A DNA stretch of 64,000 bases from Spirochaetia bacterium (GCA_965225855.1 CBDDCK010000005.1:1504001-1568000); one strand, 5' to 3'. Shown: positions 40,369 through 51,070, counted from the stretch's first letter. The notes: a model not told the origin generated them from the letters alone. Made by a program: numbers and translations.

Positions 40369-42000
40369 ATGGCAATGAAAAGGCGTTTGCGTAAGATTAT
40401 TGTGCTAGCTACAGCGCTAGCTCTATTGAGCATAATCCTCTACTTTCAAAACTTACAACGCTTTAAAAGGAAGCAAGCCGGAGTAGCAGACAGCATGGCC
40501 AATACGTCCAGCAATGCCAACTGGCATCAAGCCTCCAATCTGTTGGAAGAGTTACCGAATTGGACACCCGATGATATTGGGGTGATAACTATAGAGAGTC
40601 GTTTTGACGGCAGTACCGATAATACCCAGCAGGGACATAGACTGGAATTACAACTCGGTAAAAGCAGCATTGGCAGTGCTTGGAAGCTTGGTTTTCCCCA
40701 AGGGATTGTGGTGCGCACTGGTGCCATTGATAGATTGGTGAGTAAGGCCTTCCGCTTATGGGGCAAACAGCTTTCTGTGAGTTTTGACCTAAGCCAAGAG
40801 ACCTCGCAAATACGCTATGGCTTTAACCAAACCAAGCTTACAATCGACTATTTTGGTCAGGCCTCCAATGAGCTAGCTGCTAGAGTGTTGATTGGTGCTG
40901 AAATACCCGGAATTGGGGGCTACTATGCTACGGTTATTTCTGGTAGAGGGTTTGCTCAAAAACAACAGAAACACGTGCTATTTCGTTTGGGTTCCCCGTT
41001 GATCGAAGAACTAGCGGTAGATGCCAATGGCCTTCGTAGGCAAAAACTGGTGGAATTAGCCCTCTCGGGCGGCAAGGAACAATTAAATGCCTTGGAATTG
41101 CGCAATAGGCAAGATGTTTTAAAAATTGAATTTAAGAATGAGGAATTGGCCCAACAATATGGTAACCGCAATGAATTCCAGATGTTTGTTATGACCAAGC
41201 CCTACTCCACGGTGGAAGGTGTGGATATATATGCATTAGAACAGTTGATCAAAAAGCTCCCGAACCCGATACAGATTGTCCGTTATATTGAAGATAGCCC
41301 ACAAGATTTAAGTAGCTATGGCTTGGCTGCAAACCAAAGGCGCAGCATCTATGCCGAGGATAGCCAAGGGAATTTGCTTGATCTATGGCTAGGTCGTGAA
41401 GCAGATATTGATAGTATTTATGCTATGCAAGTTGGCTATGACAGTGTTTTTACCATTAGCAAAAATGTTTTATCGGCCCTTAATTTTAATCCGTTTATGC
41501 TAGTCGATAAATTTGTAGCTTTAATCAACATTAATAAAATAGAGCAAGTGCAACTGCGCGTTGGAGGTGGTTCTGAATATCAGCTAAAAATTTTGTATCG
41601 ACAAACTCAAGAACAGCTTCAAGTAGAACAACAAAATGATGAAGAGAATAAAACCGAAGTAAGTGGCGGCAAACTCCAAAAAAATATTGGCGCACAGAAA
41701 CGCCCTTTAAGTGAAGAGCTCTGCAAAAAACTATACCAGAGTTTTTTGAATCTATTTTTAGTTGGGGAAGTTTCTGATTCTTTTTTTCCGGTAGACAAGG
41801 CTGAAGTGAGCATGATATACTCCTTGCGCAACGGTAGCCAAAGGCGAATTGACTTTTATAAATATTCGGTAAAAGGATATTATGTTGTATCTATAGATAG
41901 GTCAAAAGCGCATTTTGTAACAGAGAAATTGCAGCTAGAAAATTTAGAGAAAACTCTAAATCAAGTTTTACAGACAGGTCAATTGGATATTGTCAAATAA
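40369..42000 (+). CDS. DUF4340-like domain protein
   Basis: N-terminal TM anchor and DLSSYGL motif; fourth gene of a GldA/F/G-like operon. Confidence 0.65.
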   Translation: MAMKRRLRKIIVLATALALLSIILYFQNLQRFKRKQAGVADSMANTSSNANWHQASNLLEELPNWTPDDIGVITIESRFDGSTDNTQQGHRLELQLGKSSIGSAWKLGFPQGIVVRTGAIDRLVSKAFRLWGKQLSVSFDLSQETSQIRYGFNQTKLTIDYFGQASNELAARVLIGAEIPGIGGYYATVISGRGFAQKQQKHVLFRLGSPLIEELAVDANGLRRQKLVELALSGGKEQLNALELRNRQDVLKIEFKNEELAQQYGNRNEFQMFVMTKPYSTVEGVDIYALEQLIKKLPNPIQIVRYIEDSPQDLSSYGLAANQRRSIYAEDSQGNLLDLWLGREADIDSIYAMQVGYDSVFTISKNVLSALNFNPFMLVDKFVALININKIEQVQLRVGGGSEYQLKILYRQTQEQLQVEQQNDEENKTEVSGGKLQKNIGAQKRPLSEELCKKLYQSFLNLFLVGEVSDSFFPVDKAEVSMIYSLRNGSQRRIDFYKYSVKGYYVVSIDRSKAHFVTEKLQLENLEKTLNQVLQTGQLDIVK

Positions 42001-42088
42001 AAAACATATATAAATAGAGAGCGTGTTATGTGGATAATTTTAAATTTTGTTGCCTTGGCTCTATTGTCTATTGTTAGGAGGGCAGGCT

Positions 42089-42970
42089 ATGGCAGAAGTT
42101 AGTGTAAAAGGCGAAACAGGTCGTGTTTCGTTTTTTAATAGCCAACAACATCGGTGCCCAGTTTGTGAAGGAAATTTTAAAAGGGAAGAATTGCTCACGG
42201 GAGGGGGGCGGTTAAATGCTGAAAGATTGACTGACGAGCTCCACCGTTTGTTCCGGCCGACAGATAAATTTGGAGATGTTTACCCCCTTATTTATACGAT
42301 ATGGACTTGTCCAAATTGTTATTATAGTGTATTTCGCGAAGATTTTTCCAAATTGAAAAAAGCTGTGTTGGTAAATTTACAAATGACAGCAGCTCTGCAA
42401 GCTCGCAAAGAGATAGTGGAGCAAGTTTTTGAAAATATCAATTTTGCAGATTACCGCCGTTTGGAAGAAGGTATAGCCTCTTATATTGTTGGAATTTACT
42501 GTTATGAATATTTTGGAGAAAATCAAGCTCCACTTTTAAAACAGGGGATATGTGCGGTTCGTGCAGCTTGGTTAGCGGCCCATCTCGATCGTGATAATCC
42601 GGGGGAAAATTATGATTATCTGGCACGTATTCTCTACCGCAAGGCTGGCTATTTTTACAGTCGTGCGATTGAATTAAATGATACGGCCGAGCAGCCTTTG
42701 ACGCCTAATGCGATTATCAATTATGGCCCTGATATTGACCACAACTTTGGTATGGACGGAGCAATTTATTTGGCTGGAATGTTGCAGTATAAGTATGGTC
42801 AACGCAACAACCTTGAATTGCGTATTAAGCGTTTGAAAGACGCAAAAGTTATGATAGCGCGTTTAGTTGGTATCGGGCGCGCCTCTCAGAATAAACCTGT
42901 GGTTATATTGAACCACAGTCGTGAGCTGTATAGACAAATCAGTGACGAAATCAGTTCTCTACAAAAATAA
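42089..42970 (+). CDS. DUF2225 domain protein
   Basis: CPVC...ELLTGGGRL..YPLIY....CPNC zinc ribbon followed by TPR-like helices. ATG 42089 follows AGGAGG. Confidence 0.8.
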   Translation: MAEVSVKGETGRVSFFNSQQHRCPVCEGNFKREELLTGGGRLNAERLTDELHRLFRPTDKFGDVYPLIYTIWTCPNCYYSVFREDFSKLKKAVLVNLQMTAALQARKEIVEQVFENINFADYRRLEEGIASYIVGIYCYEYFGENQAPLLKQGICAVRAAWLAAHLDRDNPGENYDYLARILYRKAGYFYSRAIELNDTAEQPLTPNAIINYGPDIDHNFGMDGAIYLAGMLQYKYGQRNNLELRIKRLKDAKVMIARLVGIGRASQNKPVVILNHSRELYRQISDEISSLQK

Positions 42971-43823
42971 CGGGGCAAATAAACCATTGCGTAATATTGC
43001 TTTAAAGATAGCCTATCAAGGCAAGGGCTTTCTTGGCTGGCAATGGCAACCTAATGCCCGTACGGTAGAAGGCGAAATTCGTGCTGCTTTGGCTAGATTG
43101 CACAAACGTAGTTCTTTGCGTGATGTTGTGTTATATGCGGCTGGTCGCACAGATTCTGGCGTGCATGCCATAGGGCAAGTAGCTAACTTCTATAGTGATA
43201 TTAGTTCGGATAGTTTACCTGCTAATAAATTTTGTATGGCTATCAATTCTCAATTACCTAATGACGTACGTATTTTGCATAGCTGGGAAGTTTCTAATAA
43301 TTTTCACGCCCGCTATACTGCTTGTATGCGCATTTATCACTACCGTATTGTACAAGGGCAATCGTGTGTACCAGAACAACGTCAAATGGCTTGGTACGTC
43401 CGTACGCCACAGTTAGATACGTCCATATTGAATTGTATGTTACGGCCTTTACTAGGTGAACATGATTTCAGTTCTTTTACCGTTTCCAGAGACCAAGCTA
43501 AAACTAAAATAAGGTGTATCCATGCTGCATACTTTTACTATCAAGGTCCGTATATCGTCTTTTATATAGCTGGTAATGCGTTCTTATGGCACATGGTGCG
43601 CATTATTGTTGGAACAGTGACTGGCCTGTATAGCCAATATTTTACGGCATTGGTCCAATCACAATCCAATAATATTTATCAAGAATTGTATGCTCATCGC
43701 CATTCTTTGCGTGAACAAGTGGCACTATGTTTAGCAAGGAAACAACATAGTGGTTTTAACGCACCCGCTCACGGTTTAACTTTGAGTCAAGTAGTCTACC
43801 CAGAAGCTTTCTTCTCCATATAA
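42921..43823 (+). CDS. truA: tRNA pseudouridine(38-40) synthase (start uncertain)
   Basis: AGRTDSGVHAIGQV, FHARY, GEHDFSSF and FLWHMVRIIVG motifs. Confidence 0.95.
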   Translation: MSCIDKSVTKSVLYKNNGANKPLRNIALKIAYQGKGFLGWQWQPNARTVEGEIRAALARLHKRSSLRDVVLYAAGRTDSGVHAIGQVANFYSDISSDSLPANKFCMAINSQLPNDVRILHSWEVSNNFHARYTACMRIYHYRIVQGQSCVPEQRQMAWYVRTPQLDTSILNCMLRPLLGEHDFSSFTVSRDQAKTKIRCIHAAYFYYQGPYIVFYIAGNAFLWHMVRIIVGTVTGLYSQYFTALVQSQSNNIYQELYAHRHSLREQVALCLARKQHSGFNAPAHGLTLSQVVYPEAFFSI

Positions 43824-43832
43824 ATTGATTTT

Positions 43833-44762
43833 ATGGAACATGATAATAGCATTACAGCCCAATTGTGGCGGCAACTATGGGCTTGTGTTGCCCTTTTAAG
43901 GCGGGAATTAGAGGATAAACCCGATCAATTATGTTGGTATCGTGAACAACAGATTCTGTCGGTACAGCGATTGGATAAGCCTGCCAACAATCATATACAA
44001 CAGCTACCGCAAGGAGTCTCAAAAGACCATACGGAAAAATTGATAGCCACGGCTATTAAAAATAGTAAGGGCGTAACTAACATAAATACAGTACAAACAG
44101 GTAAGCCGATTTCAACTGATTCGTCTACGATAAAACCTAGTATCGATGTAGATCAATCTAGCTACCGTGATTTGAATTGGGAAGATGCTATCTTGTTATG
44201 CCAAGCTTGTAATTTAGGTAAAGAAGCTACACGCATTCGCAAGCAGTCTATTTTGGGCTATCCGCAACAAACTAAAACCCAAAAAATAGAGAGAGTATCG
44301 TTACTCTTGGTCTGCGATGTACCCAATTATGATGCGGACTGCCATAATTTGCCAATGCCTACTGACCATCTTGCATATTTAAAGAAATGGCTGGAAGCTA
44401 TCCAAATGTTAGATAGTTATTATCTGACTAATTTGGTTAAGTGTCGTACCCCGGGTAATCGCGCTGCTTGGCCTGAGGAAGTAAAGAGCTGTAGTATGCA
44501 TTTACAAAAACAAGTTGCCATATTTCAGCCTAAAGCCATATTGGCCTTGGGCAGCAGTTCTGCTCGCAATTTAAGTGCCCAGCGCAGTGATCTCAATACT
44601 CTACGCAACCGAGAGCTATATTGTTGGTTTCCAAACCAAAAAATTCCGTTATTTGTTACTTATTCAGTGGCGGAAGTCTTGCATGATCCAGCACAATTGC
44701 GTGCGCCTGTCTGGCAAGATTTGAAAAAGTTGCGGGCTTATTTACAGCAAAATAATGACTGA
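43833..44762 (+). CDS. Uracil-DNA glycosylase family 4-like protein with degenerate catalytic motifs
   Basis: CQACNL, TNLVKCRTPGNR, E...C...L..Q and P.AILALG motifs are retained. GEAPG reads CDVPN and HP reads SV. Confidence 0.75.
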   Translation: MEHDNSITAQLWRQLWACVALLRRELEDKPDQLCWYREQQILSVQRLDKPANNHIQQLPQGVSKDHTEKLIATAIKNSKGVTNINTVQTGKPISTDSSTIKPSIDVDQSSYRDLNWEDAILLCQACNLGKEATRIRKQSILGYPQQTKTQKIERVSLLLVCDVPNYDADCHNLPMPTDHLAYLKKWLEAIQMLDSYYLTNLVKCRTPGNRAAWPEEVKSCSMHLQKQVAIFQPKAILALGSSSARNLSAQRSDLNTLRNRELYCWFPNQKIPLFVTYSVAEVLHDPAQLRAPVWQDLKKLRAYLQQNND

Positions 44763-47100
44763 TGTATATTACTGCGAAGTCTGCTTTGCTATACCATTGC
44801 CCCAGTGTTTTACCTATATTTATGAAGCAAAGTCTTGGTCTGAACCAATAGAGAAAGTGGCAGGAAGAGGAAAACGGAAGAAAAAACAGCAAGCAACAGA
44901 GGAACAATGCGCTACTAATCAATTGTTATTGCCTGAATTGGGTCACCGTATTGTAGCTAGTTTTGGCCGCAGCTACAAGGAAGGCTGGATTATTTCGGTA
45001 GGCTTGAATCCGCCTCCATCACTCGAGCAAGCCTTGAGAGAAGGGAAACTATCGCTAAACCAGTTAAAGCCATTAGAAATTGCCGATCCCAAACCTTTTT
45101 TTGGTCCAGTTGAGTTGCGTTTAGCCCGCTGGATTGCCCAGTACTATATTTGTAGTTTAGGTGAATCGTTAAACTGCATTCTGCCAACGGGCAAAAAAGA
45201 AAAGGAGCCATTGCTTTGTGCGAATTGTCCCACAGTGTTAGGCGCAACGCCCGAATCATTGGCATTATCCCAGGAGCAAAGCGATGCTGTGGCTACCGTT
45301 TGCCATAGCGGTCAATCTCTGTTTTACTATTTATTTGGCCCCACTGGTTCTGGCAAAACGGAAGTTTTTTTACAGTGCATAGCCTATGTTCTACAGCAGG
45401 GAAAGAGCGTTATTTATTTAGTATCTGAAATTTCACTATGCTACCAGTTGCAAGAACAATTGGAACAACGCTTTAAGCAGCCGGTAGCCTTATTGCACTC
45501 GCACTTGAGTGCGCAAATGCGCTTGTGGTATTGGCGCAATTTGCAAACAGGGGACTGCCGTATTGCTTTAGGGGCTCGCTCTGCCGTATTTGCCCCAGTG
45601 CGGGATTTGGGCCTAATTGTATTAGACGAAGAGCACGAGCAAAGTTATAAAGCAGGGGATACGCCACGCTATCATGCCCGTCAAGTTGCTATGCGGCGTT
45701 GCCGTGATCAACAAGCTATACTTTTGATGGGCAGTGCCACACCTTCGGTAGAAGCAATGCATGCGGCAAATTTACCAGAGCTAAACTGTAATCCTACAAA
45801 ATCATTAGGGGCGCAAGAATATCCAGATAAGGGCCTACTATTTACCGAGAAAACTCTACCTATTCCTGATTATTTGCCTGATTTTATTAAACAAGGTTAT
45901 CAAATTGCAATAGATAATGGTTCTGTTGATGATAATAAACAGAAAAAAAAATCATCAAGAAAATCTAATAGCGAAATAGCAATATTGCATTTAAGCCAAC
46001 GTCTAGCAGGAGGTTGCTTTCCTAAAGTGAAAATTATCGATTTACGTAGTAGTAGAACCATGCTTTCTAGTAGCCTAGTGCGTGAAATTGAGTATGTTAC
46101 CAGTAGGGGCGGCCAAGCGATTTTATTTCTAAATCGTAGGGGCTATTCTCCTATTGTGGAATGTTTTACTTGTGGTAAAGTGCAAGAGTGCCGAGATTGT
46201 AGTGTAGCCTTAGCTTATCATAAAAATTTGATGAGGCTTAAATGCCATCATTGTGGTTTTTCAATGCCGATGATTGTTAGCTGTAATTATTGTCACCAGA
46301 GTCAGTTAGAATTTATTGGTTTCGGAACAGAACAAATTGAAGAAGAATTACAGCGCAATTTTGGCCATCTGCGTATTGCTCGCTTAGATACTGATGTATC
46401 GCGCAAAAAAGGTTTGAGCCAAAAAATTTTACAAAATTTTCGCCAAGGGAATTTGGATTTATTGGTGGGAACGCAGATGGTAGCTAAAGGGCTGAATTTT
46501 GAGCGGGTGGAATTGGTGGGGGTGGTACTCGCCGATACCAGCCTGAATATGCCAGATTTTCGCTCAGCGGAGCGCAGCTTTAGTTTATTAGTTCAAGTTG
46601 CAGGGCGGGCGGGGCGTTACAGTAAAGATGGTAAGGTTGTTATCCAAACCTACCAACCCACTAGCGATGTGATAAAAAGGGCTGCTGCTTTGGATTGGCA
46701 AAATTTTTATGCTCAAGAAATTCAATTGCGAAAGTGCACGTATTACCCGCCATTCAGTCGTATTATTCGTTTGGTTTTTCGAGGAAGTGATACAGCCAAA
46801 GTCAAGGCAGAGGCAGAGCAATGGCACCGCCATTTGCAAGCGGGAATATCGCAGCTACTAAGTGAAAAGCAAAATAATTTTGGGGAAGCTGAAAATAGCG
46901 AAAATTTTGCCCAGTTACTGAACCCGTGTGAGTGCCCATATTTTCGTGTTGCAAAAAAATACCGCTATCATATGTTATTGCGTTGCAGCAACCCACAATT
47001 CCAAAGGGTGCATAATTTTGTAAAGTCTTATTTTTGGCAGGCCAAACGCAACCAGAGTGTTTATGTTGAAGTGGATGTTGACCCTGCAGCTATGATGTAG
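44755..47100 (+). CDS. priA: Primosomal protein N'
   Basis: GPTGSGKTEVF, LDEEHE, GSATPS, LNRRGY, two Cys clusters and GTQMVAKGLNF. Confidence 0.97.
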   Translation: MTDVYYCEVCFAIPLPQCFTYIYEAKSWSEPIEKVAGRGKRKKKQQATEEQCATNQLLLPELGHRIVASFGRSYKEGWIISVGLNPPPSLEQALREGKLSLNQLKPLEIADPKPFFGPVELRLARWIAQYYICSLGESLNCILPTGKKEKEPLLCANCPTVLGATPESLALSQEQSDAVATVCHSGQSLFYYLFGPTGSGKTEVFLQCIAYVLQQGKSVIYLVSEISLCYQLQEQLEQRFKQPVALLHSHLSAQMRLWYWRNLQTGDCRIALGARSAVFAPVRDLGLIVLDEEHEQSYKAGDTPRYHARQVAMRRCRDQQAILLMGSATPSVEAMHAANLPELNCNPTKSLGAQEYPDKGLLFTEKTLPIPDYLPDFIKQGYQIAIDNGSVDDNKQKKKSSRKSNSEIAILHLSQRLAGGCFPKVKIIDLRSSRTMLSSSLVREIEYVTSRGGQAILFLNRRGYSPIVECFTCGKVQECRDCSVALAYHKNLMRLKCHHCGFSMPMIVSCNYCHQSQLEFIGFGTEQIEEELQRNFGHLRIARLDTDVSRKKGLSQKILQNFRQGNLDLLVGTQMVAKGLNFERVELVGVVLADTSLNMPDFRSAERSFSLLVQVAGRAGRYSKDGKVVIQTYQPTSDVIKRAAALDWQNFYAQEIQLRKCTYYPPFSRIIRLVFRGSDTAKVKAEAEQWHRHLQAGISQLLSEKQNNFGEAENSENFAQLLNPCECPYFRVAKKYRYHMLLRCSNPQFQRVHNFVKSYFWQAKRNQSVYVEVDVDPAAMM

Positions 47101-47201
47101 TGAAATATAAGCCAAAACCAAGGTGTTTTGCTTTAAAGGTTGAATTTTTTAAGAGAATATCTATATGGTTTTATTTAGAGTATTGAATATGAAAATTAAA
47201 T

Positions 47202-47942
47202 TCATGCCATTAGAAAGTCTATGATTGCGTCTATCAGGCTATAATTCACGCGCAGGCTAAGGCCAATATTTAAATCGTATATAAGACGGATTTTACCATT
47301 TGTAATGTCCCCATTATAATAGTAAAGGCTATGTTTAGGAATATTACTGTTACTGGCGTTTTCTACATGCCAAGGGAGAATCCCTAAGCCCACGTTTAGG
47401 CTTAGACCCCAGACTTGTTTTTTTCCTAAATAAATCGTCATTTTTTGCCTGAGTCCGAGGCCAAATTCCCATAAATTCAATTCCGTATTCAGATTTTTTC
47501 TGACATATTGGGAGTTTGTGAGCAGAGTGAGAAATTCTAGGTCAGTCCAAATTCGGAATCTGCCTATATGTTTACCAAATCCAGGACCAAGTGTTAACAG
47601 TAAATTGGTTCTTGGTGTTACTTTTGCGCCTCCTGGGCGTAATAAAGTTCCTCCCAGCCAGCCGTGGACTCCCAGTTGTCCATTTAAACCAAATATCCAG
47701 TTTTGCTTTTTGGGAATAAAATTGAGGTCGGAAGAGATGAAAAATCCCAGGCTCTTATCCACAAAGCTTAACCCGATAGACCAATCCCCGATAGACCAAT
47801 CATCGGGGAGGCTCTCTTTGGAAGTATCAAGAATTTTTTTGTCTGTTTCATTGGTTTGTTGTGCACTCATTGAAGTGGTAATGGGAGAGAGTAACAAAGA
47901 AAAGCTAAGAACGAAAACAACATATTTACTTGCAATATTCAT
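47202..47942 (-). CDS. Hypothetical exported protein, possible outer-membrane beta-barrel
   Basis: Signal-peptide-like N-terminus, Gly/aromatic-rich alternating strands, and a small DWSIG duplication. Confidence 0.55.
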   Translation of the reverse strand: MNIASKYVVFVLSFSLLLSPITTSMSAQQTNETDKKILDTSKESLPDDWSIGDWSIGLSFVDKSLGFFISSDLNFIPKKQNWIFGLNGQLGVHGWLGGTLLRPGGAKVTPRTNLLLTLGPGFGKHIGRFRIWTDLEFLTLLTNSQYVRKNLNTELNLWEFGLGLRQKMTIYLGKKQVWGLSLNVGLGILPWHVENASNSNIPKHSLYYYNGDITNGKIRLIYDLNIGLSLRVNYSLIDAIIDFLMA

Positions 47943-48444
47943 TTTGTTATTCCTATATTTTTTATTGGCAATGACTGGGAGTTATCTATAAAAAAGCAAA
48001 TTGAAAATTAAGTATTTTTCGCAATGTTTTTAAACTGCTAGTGGACTGTATTATATGTATCGTAGATGTTGTTGTGAAGATACAATGGTAATACTTGGTA
48101 AACGGGTATGCCATTTTGGGACTGGTAGAGGACTTGGATAATATTTTATAACTTATGGCTTAGCAGGCTACAGCGTACAGTAGCTCTTGCCGTTCAGAAT
48201 GGCATTGATGGCTTTTGTGATAATATTCAAATTTATGGCTTAGAGTTTGGTAATAATGGCTATATAGAGGTAATTCGCCTGCAACTACTTGGAATAAAGC
48301 TTTTAGTACTATTTCGCTATTTTGGCTAGGAATACTGAATTGGAGTAAGAAATATCATTATTCGGCCTAGGTTGACGACTGCGAAATAGAGTGATGCAGG
48401 ACGTGATAACTTTGTGCCATCGGACGTGATAACTCGATTTTTTC

Positions 48445-48675
48445 TACTTACCAAGGCTATAATTGGCAAAAGCAGCCTTAATAAATTTTTCTAGCCTTGC
48501 TATGATATAGCTTTCCGCCTTGGATCAAGGCCTTGATCCAAGGCGGAAAGATGTATTGCACCAATGCGGAACAATACTTTATACCAAGGCTATAATTGGC
48601 CTATGCAGCCTTGATAAAAAACTTACCAAGGCTGCATAGGCCAATGCAAGCGTTGCAACAACCAAACCCTACTTA
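48445..48675. repeat. Palindrome-rich 3' element of lipoprotein cassette 2
   Basis: Perfect 40-bp palindrome at 48511-48550 and a 19-bp-arm hairpin ATTGGCCTATGCAGCCTTG...CAAGGCTGCATAGGCCAAT at 48595-48645. Near-identical to the reverse complement of 6495-6700. Confidence 0.9.
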
Positions 48676-50943
48676 CCAATCTACAACTTGAATAGCATTG
48701 TTTAGGTCTGCTGGACCACCAGATACAAATTCTGCTGCTGCTTCAAGGTTGTATGCACCATTAGCATCACTTTTACCAACCTTAACCAGTATCTTCTCGA
48801 CTTCCGCTTTTACACTACCGCTTAAAGTAATATCTAAGCTGCTTCTAGTTGGATTAGAACCTGTGGCTGTATTTTCACCTGCGGTTGCGTGCCGTGGTAA
48901 TGTGTATCTCTTATTACCATCACCGGATACAAGCGTCAATTTGCTAAAGTCCCAGTCTGCAACTGCTCTCGGTAACCTGCTACCATAAATAGTTAACTCG
49001 CCAGTATTAGGTACGTATAATGCGGATTTGATCTGGCTTACATGGCCACTAACGATAATCGGGTTGCTTGGGTCTGCTGCGCTATAACCTGCAAATCCTG
49101 CTGCTGCTTCCAGGTTGTATGCACCAGCATTATCACGAAGACCATCCTTAACCAGTATCTTCTCGGCTTCCGCTTTTACACTACCGCTTAAAGTAATCGT
49201 TAAGCTTGTTGTATTTGCTAAAGAACCTGTGGCTGTGTTTGCACCTGTTGAGGAGTGCCGGGGTAATTGGTATCTCTTACTACCATCACCGGATACAAGC
49301 GTCAATTTGCTAAAGTCCCAGCCTGTAACTGCTTTTGGTAAACCGCCACCATTAATATATAACACGCCTGTGTTAACATAGTAGTATAAGTCTTTGATAA
49401 AACCTACATAGCCACTAACGATAATCGGGTTGCTTGTGTCTTCAGCCCTACCACCTGCAAATCCTGCTGCTGCTTCCAGGTTGTATGCACCATTATCATC
49501 ACTATCACCATTCTTAACCAGTATAGCATCGGCTTTGTCTTTTTCACTACCCTTTAAAAGAATCGTTAAGCTTGTTGCACTTGCTGCAGAACCTGTGGCT
49601 GTATTTTCACCTATTGCGTGCCGGGGTAATGTGTAGCTCTCACTACCATCACCGGATACAAGCCTCAATTTGCTAAAGTCCCAGCCTGTAACTGCTTTTG
49701 GTAAATTGACACCTGTAATCACTAACACGTCTGTAACAATATTGTAGGTTGCACGGGTAATTGCGGGTGGGTTACCACTAACGGCCAAGGCTTTGGCTGT
49801 ATCTAAACCCGCCCAAGTACCAGTGCTAGTAAGCAACCCATCTTTTAGACCATTGCTATCCATACCTGTCTTGCCATTCAGAGTAGCTTTATGTTGATCG
49901 GTAAGGTAAAGCCAAAGCGCTGTGCCATCGCTTTTAATGCGGTACTTACCTTTTGCAAGACCACGACTATCTGGCCCAGTGGCATCCTCATCTGCAATAT
50001 AGGAACTTAAGGCTAAGCCATCTACCGTGATGGTTTGGATTTGCGCTTCTGTAGGACTTAAGTTAGAACCTTGTACAGTTAAGATAGCCGTGCCAACATG
50101 GTAGGTTGCACTGGTGATTTCGGGGTTTCCACTAACGGTTAAGTCTTTGGCTGTATTTAAACCCGCCCAACTACCAGTGCTAGTAAGCAACCCATCTTTT
50201 AGACCATTGGTATCCATACCTGTCTTGCCATTCAGATTAGCTTTATGTTGATCGGTAAGGTAAAGCCAAAGCGCTGTGCCATCGCTTTTAATGCGGTACT
50301 TACCTTTTGCAAGACCACGACTATCTGGCCCAGTGGCTGTGCCATCTGCAATATAGGAATCTAAAGCTACCCCATCTACCGTGATGGTTTGGATTTGCGC
50401 TTGGGTCGCACTAGCTAAGTCAGTACCTTGTACAGTTAGCAGAGCCGTGCCAACATTGTAGCTTGCACGGGTAATTGCGGGTGGGTTTCCACTAACGGCC
50501 AAGTCTTTGGCTGTATTTAAACCCGCCCAAGTACCAGAGCCAACGCTAAGCAACCCTTTTTTTAGACCATTGCTACCCACCTTGGCCTCAAGAACAGCTT
50601 TATGTTGATCGGTAAGTCTAAGCCAAAGCTTTGTGCCATCGCCTTTAATACGGTACTTACCTTGTTCAAGACCGTTACTATCTTCACCAGTGGCTGGGTC
50701 ATCTGCAGTATAGGAACTTAAGGCTACGCCATCTACTACAATGGTTTGGATTTGCGCTTCTGTAGGACTTAAGTTAGAACCTTGTATGGTTAACAGAGCC
50801 GTGCCAACATCGTAGATGGCGTTATTGATAGTCGGCTTAGACGGCCCAGAAGACGGCGCATCGTCATCGGGTGGGGCGCAGGCCAAGGCCATAAAGGCCA
50901 GTAGCCAGGCTACAGGCAATAAAAGTAGTTTGAGCTTATACAT
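48673..50943 (-). CDS. Modular surface lipoprotein, paralogue 2 (A-A-A-B-B-B)
   Basis: GGAGG RBS, signal MYKLKLLLLPVAWLLAFMALA-C, three A and three B modules, no Q/E linker. Confidence 0.85.
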   Translation of the reverse strand: MYKLKLLLLPVAWLLAFMALACAPPDDDAPSSGPSKPTINNAIYDVGTALLTIQGSNLSPTEAQIQTIVVDGVALSSYTADDPATGEDSNGLEQGKYRIKGDGTKLWLRLTDQHKAVLEAKVGSNGLKKGLLSVGSGTWAGLNTAKDLAVSGNPPAITRASYNVGTALLTVQGTDLASATQAQIQTITVDGVALDSYIADGTATGPDSRGLAKGKYRIKSDGTALWLYLTDQHKANLNGKTGMDTNGLKDGLLTSTGSWAGLNTAKDLTVSGNPEITSATYHVGTAILTVQGSNLSPTEAQIQTITVDGLALSSYIADEDATGPDSRGLAKGKYRIKSDGTALWLYLTDQHKATLNGKTGMDSNGLKDGLLTSTGTWAGLDTAKALAVSGNPPAITRATYNIVTDVLVITGVNLPKAVTGWDFSKLRLVSGDGSESYTLPRHAIGENTATGSAASATSLTILLKGSEKDKADAILVKNGDSDDNGAYNLEAAAGFAGGRAEDTSNPIIVSGYVGFIKDLYYYVNTGVLYINGGGLPKAVTGWDFSKLTLVSGDGSKRYQLPRHSSTGANTATGSLANTTSLTITLSGSVKAEAEKILVKDGLRDNAGAYNLEAAAGFAGYSAADPSNPIIVSGHVSQIKSALYVPNTGELTIYGSRLPRAVADWDFSKLTLVSGDGNKRYTLPRHATAGENTATGSNPTRSSLDITLSGSVKAEVEKILVKVGKSDANGAYNLEAAAEFVSGGPADLNNAIQVVDW

Positions 50944-51007
50944 AAGCAATACCTCCAAAAATGGATAAAGATTGACAAAACCCATACGGGCTAGTCTGTA
51001 AATCCCT

Positions 51008-51034
51008 ATTTTGCTAGGGGGGGTGTTGCGTCAA
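51008..51034 (-). promoter_or_regulatory. Candidate promoter with a C7 tract (paralogue 2)
   Basis: Minus strand reads TTGACG-CAACA-C7-TAG-CAAAAT, a 15-nt spacer. Confidence 0.45.
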
Positions 51035-51070
51035 GGCCCATACAAGCTTTTTGTAAGCTTTTTACAAGTT

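Noticed and set aside
48050..48400. Possible pseudogene between the exported protein gene and cassette 2
   Set aside because: The plus-strand frames I translated gave only short peptides with no recognisable motif.
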